Assembly (NCBI GenBank): GCA_944325965.1
Contig: CALVCB010000001.1
Coordinates: 3,732-67,731 of the forward strand
From: an uncultured Bacteroidales bacterium
GTDB lineage: Bacteria > Bacteroidota > Bacteroidia > Bacteroidales > UBA932
DNA length: 64,000 nucleotides
Direction of reading: 5' to 3'
The translations under genes and the position numbers were made by a program. The notes under the pieces are model-generated. The model was not told the origin of the DNA and did not search any database. It worked only from the letters and a program-made list of their open reading frames with translations. How positions within the stretch are numbered: the first letter of the stretch is position 1; each line of letters starts with the position of its first letter. This document shows positions 30,185-39,516 of this stretch, in pieces.

Positions 30185-30982
30185 ATGAAAAGATTTTTTA
30201 TTTTATTCATGTCCATGTCTGTAATGGCCCTTGCTTCCTGTGTCTCCGTGGCAGGGATGCGGCTTTCCGGGGAAACGGATGAAAAAGTTTTCCATGTTGA
30301 TACCGGGTATTCTGTACTTGAGGTGTCAGGGGCGGTTGACATCCTGTATTCTGCAGAGGCTGACAATGTTGTCGTGACTGCTGATTCCAAAGTGCTCCCT
30401 TGTGTCTGTGTAGAGGATGACAAGGGTGTCCTGAAGATATATGTCCAGCGGAAGGACAGGAAGTTCTGGCGTGGAAACCAGGGCAAGGTCTACGTCGTGG
30501 TCCCGGCCAGTCCCTCTATAGGAAAGATTGACATCAGCGGGGCTTCGGATTTTGAGAGCGATGCCGTGATCATGGCCCGGAGTCTGGATGTAAAGGTAAG
30601 CGGTGCATCTGATTTCATCGCGGATATGGAGGTGGAGTCGTCCCTTGAGATGTCAGTGAGCGGAGCATCGGATGTACGGGCCTCTGTTTCAGCCTGCGGG
30701 CTTACCGTGGACGCAGGAGGGGCTTCCGATGTCGTACTCAGCGGCATGGCTGACAGATTCAGCGCGTCTGTCTCCGGGGCCTCATCCCTTTCTTCCGGCA
30801 AGGCGTATGTAGAGACGGAGACCTTTTCATGCTGCGTTTCAGGTGCAAGCGAATGTTATGTGAAATGCAACGGCACGGCTGAAGGGAAGGCATCCGGAGC
30901 GTCTACTGTAGTCATGTACGGTGACGGAAAGTCGCGCATCTCGTCCTCCGGTGCGTCAAGTGTGCATTACAGGCAGGAATAG
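30185..30982 (+). CDS. GIN/DUF2807 domain lipoprotein (tandem paralogue)
   Basis: Lipobox LASC and multiple SGAS repeats. Confidence 0.82.
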   Translation: MKRFFILFMSMSVMALASCVSVAGMRLSGETDEKVFHVDTGYSVLEVSGAVDILYSAEADNVVVTADSKVLPCVCVEDDKGVLKIYVQRKDRKFWRGNQGKVYVVVPASPSIGKIDISGASDFESDAVIMARSLDVKVSGASDFIADMEVESSLEMSVSGASDVRASVSACGLTVDAGGASDVVLSGMADRFSASVSGASSLSSGKAYVETETFSCCVSGASECYVKCNGTAEGKASGASTVVMYGDGKSRISSSGASSVHYRQE

Positions 30983-31012
30983 CTTGCGGCTGCTGTCAGC
31001 AAAAGTGCTACG

Positions 31013-32104
31013 CTATTTCGGCGCTATCCTGTACAGGAACCCGGATATTATCGCAAACAGTATATTCGGGACCCACAGCGCTATTCCTGGCGGAAGGAAA
31101 TCGGTGTAGACAAACATTTCACTGAATTTCAGGAACAGTATATAGGAGAAGCTTAGCCCGATCCCGATGCCTATGTTCCATCCGATGCCGCCCCTTCTTT
31201 TCTTTGAGGAAAGCGACACTCCCATTATCGTGAGGATGAATGCCGAGAACGGCAGCGCGAACCTGGTGTGCTTTTCAATCTGGGCCAGCTTTACATTGTC
31301 ATCACCCCTCATCTTCTGGGTCTCGATCATCTGGTTGAGCTCTTTGTATGACAGGGTGGTGACAGTGTTTTTGGTCAGGTAGAAGTCCGTGACTGAAAGG
31401 TTTATCACTGTGTCTATCCTGCTTCCGGTCCTGATTTTGTCTGTCATGGCGCCCGTATAGTCCCTTATCATATATTTTTTCAGTGTCCACCCGTTGAATG
31501 TACTGTCCCATACGGCGGTCTCGGCGGACAGCTTGGACACGAGCCGGTTGTCCTTCACCCTTTCGAGGGTGAACTTGTATGCGGTATTGTTCCACCGGCT
31601 GAAGGATTCTACATAAACGAACTCACCTGGGGATATCTGGTAATGTATGTCCCTTCCAGTGTTCTGGTAGCTTGTCTTTATGTATTTGCTTTCGAACTCT
31701 CCGAGGATTTTGTTGGAGTTCGGGATGACGAAAAGGTTGAGTGTCAGCGAAAAAGCTGCGATGAGAGCTGCGGAGAACATATACGGGACCATCATCCTGT
31801 GGAAGCTTATGCCGCATGAGAGTATCGCTATTATCTCGGAGTTGGCCGCCATTTTCGATGTGAAGAAAATCACGGTTATGAACACGAACAGCGGGCTGAA
31901 CATGTTCATGAAGTACGGTATGAAATTCAGGTAGTAATCGAATACTATCTCCTTGAGCGGGGCTTCATGCGCCACGAAGTCATCGATTTTCTCGCTGATG
32001 TCAAAGATGATGACGATACCTATTATGAGGAGCAGTGCGATGAAGAAGGTGAAGATGAATTTCTTCACTATATAAAGATCCAGTATTCTCGGTTTAAGAT
32101 CCAT
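31013..32104 (-). CDS. lptG: LptF/LptG family LPS export permease (LptG-like)
   Basis: ILDLYIVKKF, SKMAANSEIIA and KKRRGGIG motifs, 3+3 TM layout around a periplasmic domain. Lies downstream of tgt. Confidence 0.85.
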   Translation of the reverse strand: MDLKPRILDLYIVKKFIFTFFIALLLIIGIVIIFDISEKIDDFVAHEAPLKEIVFDYYLNFIPYFMNMFSPLFVFITVIFFTSKMAANSEIIAILSCGISFHRMMVPYMFSAALIAAFSLTLNLFVIPNSNKILGEFESKYIKTSYQNTGRDIHYQISPGEFVYVESFSRWNNTAYKFTLERVKDNRLVSKLSAETAVWDSTFNGWTLKKYMIRDYTGAMTDKIRTGSRIDTVINLSVTDFYLTKNTVTTLSYKELNQMIETQKMRGDDNVKLAQIEKHTRFALPFSAFILTIMGVSLSSKKRRGGIGWNIGIGIGLSFSYILFLKFSEMFVYTDFLPPGIALWVPNILFAIISGFLYRIAPK

Positions 32105-32141
32105 CCTTTCCTGTACTGTTTAAAATTGTTGTCCGGCGGAA

Positions 32142-33275
32142 TCACAGCCGTGTCATGACCCTTTTTACCGTCTCGTCCTTCCATGTCCTGAAATCCCCTG
32201 CCGCTATATGTTTCCTGGCCTCCCTGACAAGATCCAGGTAGAAAGCGAGGTTGTGCTCGCTCGCTATCTGCCCTGCGAATATCTCTCCTGCGATGAACAG
32301 GTGCCTCAGATAGGCCTTGCTGTATGTGCGGTCCACGAAAGACGTGCCGTCCGGGTCGATAGGGGAGAAGTCGTCGGCCCATTTCCTGTTGCGCATGTTC
32401 ATGATGCCGTTCCAGGTGAAGAGCATCCCGTTGCGGCCGTTCCGGGTCGGCATTACGCAGTCGAACATGTCCACGCCCCGGGCTATGCCTTCAAGTATGT
32501 TTGCCGGGGTCCCCACACCCATGAGGTACCTCGGCCTGTCGTCCGGAAGCATCGGGCATACCACTTCGAGCATTTCATACATCTTCTCGGTCGGCTCCCC
32601 GACGGCGAGCCCGCCTATTGCATATCCCTCCCTGTCAAATCTGGCTGCATGCTCCACCGCCTCTCTCCTCAGGTCGGGGTACACGCACCCCTGGATTATC
32701 GGGAAGAATGCCTGTGAATATCCGTACAGCGGCTCTGTCCCGTCAAAGCGGCTGATGCAGCGTTCCAGCCATGACTGGGTGAGTTTCAATGATTTCCTTG
32801 CATAATCATAAGTGGCGTCTCCGGGGGTGCATTCATCCAGGGCCATCACGATGTCGGCCCCGATTATCCTCTGTGTATCTACATTGTTTTCAGGTGTGAA
32901 GGTGTGCTTCGAACCGTCTATGTGCGAAGAGAATGTGCATCCGTCCTGTGTGAGCTTCCTGATGGGGGAGAGCGAGAACACCTGGAATCCGCCGCTGTCT
33001 GTCAGTATGGGCCTGTCCCATGAGATGAATTTGTGAAGGCCCCCTGCCGCACGGAGTATTTCGAGCCCGGGTCTGAGATACAGATGGTATGTGTTGCCCA
33101 GGATGATTTCTGCCCTTATGTCTTCTTCCAGATCCCTGTGGTAGATTCCTTTTACCGACCCTACCGTGCCTACCGGCATGAATATGGGGGTCTCTATCTG
33201 CCCGTGTCCGGTGCTGATGATTCCGCATCGGGCACATGACTGAGGATCTGCCGCTGTCTTGACGAATTTCATCAT
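32142..33275 (-). CDS. tgt: tRNA-guanine(34) transglycosylase
   Basis: TPIFMPVGT, NTYHL, TDSGGFQVFSL, DEC, GGLAVGE and DMFDCVMPTR motifs. Confidence 0.97.
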   Translation of the reverse strand: MMKFVKTAADPQSCARCGIISTGHGQIETPIFMPVGTVGSVKGIYHRDLEEDIRAEIILGNTYHLYLRPGLEILRAAGGLHKFISWDRPILTDSGGFQVFSLSPIRKLTQDGCTFSSHIDGSKHTFTPENNVDTQRIIGADIVMALDECTPGDATYDYARKSLKLTQSWLERCISRFDGTEPLYGYSQAFFPIIQGCVYPDLRREAVEHAARFDREGYAIGGLAVGEPTEKMYEMLEVVCPMLPDDRPRYLMGVGTPANILEGIARGVDMFDCVMPTRNGRNGMLFTWNGIMNMRNRKWADDFSPIDPDGTSFVDRTYSKAYLRHLFIAGEIFAGQIASEHNLAFYLDLVREARKHIAAGDFRTWKDETVKRVMTRL

Positions 33276-33310
33276 GGGTGCTGCTGCCTTTTTATGATTA
33301 TTTCAGGGGC

Positions 33311-33348
33311 CAAAGATAGTAAAAACCGGATAAATACCCTTATATTTG
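33311..33348. promoter_or_regulatory. Back-to-back -7 elements for tgt (33311-33318, minus) and the nucleoside permease (33341-33348, plus)
   Basis: TATCTTTG on minus and TATATTTG on plus, both matching TAnnTTTG. Confidence 0.6.
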
Positions 33349-33378
33349 CTCTCCAATAACATTTAAAAACTGTAATCA

Positions 33379-34686
33379 ATGGAAAATAAGTCAGTCCGCA
33401 TAAGGCTTGTGGTCATGAGCTTCCTCCAGTTCGCAGTCTGGGGCGCATATCTTACTTCAATGGGCAACTATCTCGGCAAGGCCGGTCTTGCGGACCATAT
33501 CGGATGGTTCTATTCCATGCAGGGCATAGTCTCCATTTTCATGCCTGCCGTCATAGGTATCATCGCGGACAAGTTCATTCCTGCGCAGAAGGTCTTGAGC
33601 ATATGCCACGGTATCGCCGGGCTTGCGATGCTTGCGGCAGGATATTACTGCATGAATGCAGGGCAGGGGATAAGTTTCGGGGTCATATTTCCCCTTTACA
33701 GCTTGAGCGTGGCTTTTTACATGCCTACGATCGCCCTTTCCAACTCAGTGGCTTACAGTATTCTGGAAACAAACGGATATGATACGGTAAAGGATTTTCC
33801 TCCGATAAGGGTGTTCGGTACGGTGGGATTTATATGCAGTATGCTTTTTGTGAATTTCATGAAGGACTCCGACGGAGTCCAGTTCCAGTCTACATACTGG
33901 CAGTTCATTACGTCCGGCTCCCTCGGCCTGGTGCTTATGGCCTATGCCCTTACTCTCCAGAACTGTCCTGTAAAGGCGTCGGATGACCATAAGGGGCTTG
34001 CTGATGCTCTCGGCCTTAAGGCCTTTACCCTTTTCAGGGACAGGCAGATGGCTGTCTTTTTCATCTTTTCGATGCTTCTCGGAGTTGCCCTGCAGATTAC
34101 CAATGGATATGCCAATCCGTTTATCACCAGCTTCAAGGCCATTCCTGAATATTCCGGTACGTTCGGTGCTGAAAACGCAAATGCGCTTATTTCCATATCT
34201 CAGGTGTCAGAAACCCTTGGGATTCTTCTTATCCCGGTGTGTCTCAGAAAGTTGGGAATAAAGAAAGTAATGCTCATCGCGATGGTGGCCTGGTTTTTCC
34301 GCTTCGGCCTTTTCGGTGTCGGCGACCCGGGGCCGGGGGTATGGATGTTCATATTGTCGATGATAGTATACGGAGTCGCATTCGATTTCTTCAACATTTC
34401 AGGCTCCCTGTATGTGAATGAGAAGACTACGGAGGACATCCGCTCCAGTGCACAGGGCTTGTTCATGCTTATGACCAACGGGATAGGGGCTTCTGTCGGA
34501 ATGATAGGTGCGCAGGCCGTCGTAAACCATTTTACCCATGCTGCGGAAGTGGACGGAATATTCTATACGGTGGGTAACTGGAGTGCGGCATGGTACATAT
34601 TTGCCGGATATGCACTTCTCGTGGCCATACTGTTCGCTGTATTCTTCAGGGACCCGGGGAAGCCTTCCGGGAAAGGTGCCGCCTGA
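33379..34686 (+). CDS. MFS nucleoside:H+ symporter (NupG/XapB/YegT family)
   Basis: MSFLQFAVWGAYL, FYMPTIALSN, DFPPIRVFGTVGF and YGVAFDFF motifs in a 12-TM protein. Confidence 0.9.
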   Translation: MENKSVRIRLVVMSFLQFAVWGAYLTSMGNYLGKAGLADHIGWFYSMQGIVSIFMPAVIGIIADKFIPAQKVLSICHGIAGLAMLAAGYYCMNAGQGISFGVIFPLYSLSVAFYMPTIALSNSVAYSILETNGYDTVKDFPPIRVFGTVGFICSMLFVNFMKDSDGVQFQSTYWQFITSGSLGLVLMAYALTLQNCPVKASDDHKGLADALGLKAFTLFRDRQMAVFFIFSMLLGVALQITNGYANPFITSFKAIPEYSGTFGAENANALISISQVSETLGILLIPVCLRKLGIKKVMLIAMVAWFFRFGLFGVGDPGPGVWMFILSMIVYGVAFDFFNISGSLYVNEKTTEDIRSSAQGLFMLMTNGIGASVGMIGAQAVVNHFTHAAEVDGIFYTVGNWSAAWYIFAGYALLVAILFAVFFRDPGKPSGKGAA

Positions 34687-34843
34687 CAGGACGGCCGGTC
34701 TCTTGGTGATGCGGCCGGATTCAGGGGAAACAAATTCCCTTCTTTGCAGAAAAAAACGTTTAACGGGCAGGTACAGGGGCGCTTAATGCCGTCGGGTGTA
34801 TGTATTTTGCATACAAATCCATATTTATTAAAATATGATTGCA

Positions 34844-35829
34844 ATGCTGAAATATCGAAAAGACGGAGTGTCTGTCATCGTCGCGTTGGACAGACGGAGG
34901 AAAAAAACAGCGGACTGTTCCCGGTCAAGATAGAGGTTGTCTACAGACGTATCCAGAAATACATCCCCACCGGTGTGGATATGTCCGAGCAGGAATGGAC
35001 AAAATCGGCGACCAGCAGCAGAGGTAACAAGAAACTGCCTGAGATAGAGAGGGTTTTCAATCATGTGCGGGAAACTGTGGACAGTATTGTCAGCAACGGT
35101 GCTTTCTCACACAGGAAACTGCAGCTCAGGCTTGATTCCTCCGGAGAGTGTACGGTGAATGTCACCATACGCCGCATGATGAAAAAGTTCCTCGATGAAG
35201 GCAAGGTGAATTCATACTACAGGTGCCGTTCCACACTCCTTAATATAGAGGGGTTCGGGGGGACTGACATCCGGTTTGCCGATATAACCGGGCAGTGGTT
35301 GCGAGACTGTGAAAGCCGGTGGGTGAAAGAGGGGAAGTCCCTGTCCAGGAAGCTGGCCCTTACCAAGCAGCAGATAAAGCAGATAATGGAGTTCAGCGGT
35401 ACCCCGAGGCTGGAGATGTACCGGGATCTGTGGCTTTTTTCATATCTGTGCAACGGTATAAATTTCAGGGACATGCTCTTCCTGAAATACGGCAGCATAG
35501 TGAATGGGGAGATATGTTTTGTCCGCTCCAAGACAATGTACGCCTATGGCAGGTCGAAAGTGATCAGGGCGGCCATAGCGGTCCGTCAGGTGATAAGCAA
35601 GTGCAACAATGCCCTCAGGAGGATAGCCTCGCAGATCGGCATACCGCCGTTTACCACTTATAGTTGCCGCCACTCTTTCGCCACGGTCATGCAGCGCAGC
35701 GGGATTGCCATATCGTTTATCAGCGAAAGCCTCGGCCATTCCAGCCTGTCCGTCACAGAAAACTATCTGGCTGGGTTTGACCGGGAGACCCGTTTCCGGA
35801 ACGCGTCTGTCCTGACAGAGTTAAGCTGA
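34844..35829 (+). pseudogene. Tyrosine recombinase/integrase, frameshifted at an A7 run and apparently shortened internally
   Basis: C-terminal RSKT, YSCRHSFAT, LGH and TENYL motifs. The arm-binding N-terminus MLKYRKDGVSVIVALDRRRKK joins NSGLFPVKIEV only if one A is added at 34901-34907; otherwise TAG at 34931. Confidence 0.8.
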
Positions 35830-35928
35830 TATGTAAATTGCATGCAAATGCCATATGCCGCATTCTGGGCTGAATCGTGGACCGTGATGATATAAGCGGG
35901 AAAATCCGGAGATAAACGTGTAAACAGA

Positions 35929-36146
35929 TTGTTACACATTGTAACAAATTGAAAAAAACGTCTGACAAATGGATTTCCGCTTTACAGGATGCCTGAGAAC
36001 GCCGGTTCGGTCGTGTGAAAATATTTTTCGAATAAATTTTTTGTATATGAAAAAAAAAAAAATTACTTTTGTGCGTGATTTGGCTTTGTGTATTAGGCAA
36101 TACTAAGAACAAACTAAAAAACTATATTTATAACAATGTGTAACAA
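35929..36146. promoter_or_regulatory. Putative invertible promoter: 14-bp perfect inverted repeats around a sigma-A promoter pointing at the downstream gene
   Basis: TTGTTACACATTGT (35929-35942) and ACAATGTGTAACAA (36133-36146), extending to 19/21. Inside are TTTG (36040-36043), a 20-nt spacer and TACTTTTG (36064-36071). Confidence 0.8.
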
Positions 36147-36159
36147 ACAAATTTTAGTT

Positions 36160-39100
36160 ATGAAAAAATTTTTCAGAACGGTTATGGCATTCTGCCTGGC
36201 GGGCGGGATGCTGGCCTTTACTGGCTGTACCGATTATGAGGATGACATCAACAAACTGAATGAAAGGATTGATGCCCTCGAGACCGGTAAGATTGCCGAT
36301 GTTGAGACTCAGTTGAGCACTCTCCAGAATGCAATCAATACAGCCCAGACTGCAATTGATGCTCTTGAGAAACTTGGTCTTGAAGAGCTGAAGACTACGG
36401 TAGAGAATTTGAAGTCAACAATTGAGGGTATTAATCTTGACGATTATGTTACCATGAGTTATGCTGACGCTACCTTTGCTACAAAAGCTGATGTGTCGGA
36501 TCTTGAAACATCTCTCGGGACTCTTGAGAACAAACTTAACACTATTGTAGGCAAGTATGACTCTGACCTTAAGATTTCAGAGATCATGGCTCAGGTTAAA
36601 GCTGCCCAGGATGACGCGTCATCGGCTTTAGGGCAGATTAAGGCTCTTCAGGAGGCTCTTGGTGTGTATGCCACTGCCGGTGCTCTTGAAGAGGCTCTTG
36701 GGGACAAGTTGAATATCGAAGACTTCGACGCTAAATTCGAGGAGGCTCTCAAGGCTGCTCTTCAGAATGACGGAGAGGTTACAGGTGAGATAGCTCAGGC
36801 AATTAAGGATGCTGTAAGTGAATTCAATGCTCTGTTTGCATCAAGGCTTACTTCTATTTCATTGATTCCTACGGCTTACCTTGAAGGCGTTCCTGCTATC
36901 AAATTCAATTCTTATGTCTATGAGCCAAAAACTGTCACCGCTGATGAGAAAATTACTGCTGGAGACGAATTCAGGATTGCAGCTAAGGCTACAGATGTAA
37001 AATACCATATTTCACCTTCTTATATTACAAAAGAAGATGTTCAGACTCCGAGCTATCTGATTCAGAAAGCAGAACTCCTTACAAAATCAGCTGAAGATGT
37101 TGATCTTAATGTAGTTGATTATACAGTTGAAAAGGATGTGTTGACTGTAAGTGTTAGAAGGGATGCTGGTGTAAGTCTGAATCTTGATGGAAACTATATC
37201 TATACTGCTGCGCTTAAGGTCCCTATCGCAGAGAAACATCTTGTTGAAGGAGAGACAGAAGCTAACGTATATTCAGAATATTCCGCTCTTTACGAAGATG
37301 ATCTGACTCCTTATATCGCAGCTGTCATTGATGATTTTAGAAATCAGACAGAATATGAGTGCCCTACTACTACTTATGATGAGCCTAACCATTTCTATGG
37401 GACTTATGATGATGTCGCTGTGACTAGTTCAGTTGTGGCTAAGAACTCTGCTTACAACGAGCCTATTGATCTTCTTTCCATGGTTACCGGTTGTACGGCT
37501 GCTCCAGATGCCGATAAGGATCTGCATGAGGAAATATCTAAGACTACTCTTAAGGAAAATGGTCTTGCTTTCAGATTCGCTGTTCCTACGAAGGCATTTG
37601 AAGTTGGTGATAATGGTACTGACCAGCAGAAATTTGCTGTCGTTGAACAGGATGTTGAGGCTGGTACTGCACTCCTGAAATCTACATATCCTGGTGCACA
37701 GGAGGGTGAGGAACCAAATCAGGCTTCTATTGACAAGACTCCGGTAGTGCGTGTTGAACTTGTCGATACTGTTAACAATAAGATTGTCGACGTACGTTAC
37801 TTCAAGGTTCAGTGGACTCCAGTACCTGATGTTCCTAAGGATGTTGAAGATCTTGGTGTTATCGAGACATTTGAATATACTCTTGGTTGCGAAGACTTTA
37901 AGGATTCAATTGATTGGGCTACTTTCGTAGAGAAGATACTTTCCAAGATAAATGACGGAGACGGACTTGCTTATGCAGACTTTGTAGATGCTTACTCATC
38001 TGCAGATGTTGAATATGAGGTTGATTATGTTGTTAACACTGGTCATACTCCGTACACGATAGAGTGGGATGGTGAAGACTATGATGAGCGTGCAGCTGCA
38101 ATCACATGGGAAGTTAAACCAAGTGAATTCGCATATCTGATTGATGGTGAGAATGTAGCTGATCTTACTGAGGGTGATGTTATTAAGACATTCACAATCA
38201 ACTTTACATTGCCAAGCAAGTATTCTTACAATGGTGATATCAAGTTTGCTCTTGAAGTTGATGTCCTTGTACCAGAGCTTCCTTCACTTGTAGGTCTTAA
38301 CACTGCTGACTGGATAACTGATGGTGAGCTTGCAAGAATTCGTCCGGTACAGTACCGTTCACAGGGTGCTCAGAAGTATGTTACTTATAACTACGATCTT
38401 ACTACTCTGTTCAGAACCAATGCAGACGGCTACCTTATGGACAACGTAGCTCCGGTGGTTAACAAAGACTTTGATTGCCGTGCATGGAGCATGCAGTTTG
38501 CCGCTGATCAGATGAATGACTACATCCCTGGATTCAATACTTCAAGGTCAATGTTTATGTATGCATCTGAGGATGCAACAGCAGGTGCAGGTTACCAGCT
38601 TTGGGATAATCATCCGGGAACAGTTGCTGTCAACATGACATATGCAGAAGAATCTGATGTAGCTGTTGAGAACTGGCATTCAGGTCATGCTCATGGAGAT
38701 ATTGCACTTACCCTTACTGGAACTCAGTGGACTGAACTCGGTGGAGAACATTATAAGGGAACAGATGCTGCTATTGCTCTGCTTGAAAACATTGATACTC
38801 CAGTTGATGAATTTGAAAATCGAATTACAATTAATGCTTGGGGTAGGATTAATCCTTGGAACCATGTGATTGTTAAGACATTTGATGTTGTATTCATTAA
38901 ACCGGTATATGTTAACCAGAGTGATGAAGAACAGTTCTTCGAAGATGGTTATGAAGGTGGTAGAGAAGTTAATCTCGCTGACCTCTTTACAGCAGAAGAC
39001 AGCTGGGGATATCCTGTGAGCGTCTACACTGCTACGGGTACAACTGATGAAGTTAAGCTTGCAAACGGACGTAAGGTATACTATGATGTACAGAACCCTA

Positions 39101-39426
39101 CATTCGACCTTAAGAATGCACGTATAAGCATGACTCTTGAGAATGGTAATTACGTTCCGATGGATAATGCTGGCTCTCTTACTGATGCTGATGTAGTGAA
39201 GTTGCCGAAACTTTCTGCGTTCGATCAGAATGCTTCAGTAGCTGGTCTTGACAAGAACTCTGATGGCGTTGATGATGTGCTTGTATTTACATCTGAGCGT
39301 GGTTGGAACCTTGAAAAGGTTGTTTATATCTATGTTGAGGTAACTATTGAGCACAAATGGGGTGCTGAGTCTCTGTGGGTACACATTCCAGTTTATCCTC
39401 ATGGTCAGACTCCTGCTGGAAACTGA
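36160..39426 (+). CDS. Large acidic surface lipoprotein (1088 aa), candidate S-layer protein
   Basis: Lipobox AFTGC followed by TDYEDDINKLNERIDALE and a long coiled-coil, then RLTSISLIP and beta-rich domains. The recombinase / invertible promoter / lipoprotein / OmpA layout matches BT1927-type loci. Confidence 0.8.
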   Translation: MKKFFRTVMAFCLAGGMLAFTGCTDYEDDINKLNERIDALETGKIADVETQLSTLQNAINTAQTAIDALEKLGLEELKTTVENLKSTIEGINLDDYVTMSYADATFATKADVSDLETSLGTLENKLNTIVGKYDSDLKISEIMAQVKAAQDDASSALGQIKALQEALGVYATAGALEEALGDKLNIEDFDAKFEEALKAALQNDGEVTGEIAQAIKDAVSEFNALFASRLTSISLIPTAYLEGVPAIKFNSYVYEPKTVTADEKITAGDEFRIAAKATDVKYHISPSYITKEDVQTPSYLIQKAELLTKSAEDVDLNVVDYTVEKDVLTVSVRRDAGVSLNLDGNYIYTAALKVPIAEKHLVEGETEANVYSEYSALYEDDLTPYIAAVIDDFRNQTEYECPTTTYDEPNHFYGTYDDVAVTSSVVAKNSAYNEPIDLLSMVTGCTAAPDADKDLHEEISKTTLKENGLAFRFAVPTKAFEVGDNGTDQQKFAVVEQDVEAGTALLKSTYPGAQEGEEPNQASIDKTPVVRVELVDTVNNKIVDVRYFKVQWTPVPDVPKDVEDLGVIETFEYTLGCEDFKDSIDWATFVEKILSKINDGDGLAYADFVDAYSSADVEYEVDYVVNTGHTPYTIEWDGEDYDERAAAITWEVKPSEFAYLIDGENVADLTEGDVIKTFTINFTLPSKYSYNGDIKFALEVDVLVPELPSLVGLNTADWITDGELARIRPVQYRSQGAQKYVTYNYDLTTLFRTNADGYLMDNVAPVVNKDFDCRAWSMQFAADQMNDYIPGFNTSRSMFMYASEDATAGAGYQLWDNHPGTVAVNMTYAEESDVAVENWHSGHAHGDIALTLTGTQWTELGGEHYKGTDAAIALLENIDTPVDEFENRITINAWGRINPWNHVIVKTFDVVFIKPVYVNQSDEEQFFEDGYEGGREVNLADLFTAEDSWGYPVSVYTATGTTDEVKLANGRKVYYDVQNPTFDLKNARISMTLENGNYVPMDNAGSLTDADVVKLPKLSAFDQNASVAGLDKNSDGVDDVLVFTSERGWNLEKVVYIYVEVTIEHKWGAESLWVHIPVYPHGQTPAGN

Positions 39427-39453
39427 TATAATTAACTCAGTATTTGATTAATT

Positions 39454-39486
39454 GGGAGGGTGGTCGGAAAACCGGTCACCCTCTTT
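39454..39486 (+). terminator. Hairpin terminator/attenuator between the large lipoprotein and OmpA
   Basis: GAGGGTGGTCGG-AAAA-CCGGTCACCCTC followed by TTT. Confidence 0.7.
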
Positions 39487-39516
39487 GTATTTTAAATATC
39501 ACTAAACTTTAGTGCC

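Noticed and set aside
29245-30982. SGAS repeats as multiple flavinylation sites
   Set aside because: Their regular spacing fits the structural beta-solenoid repeats of GIN/DUF2807 domains.
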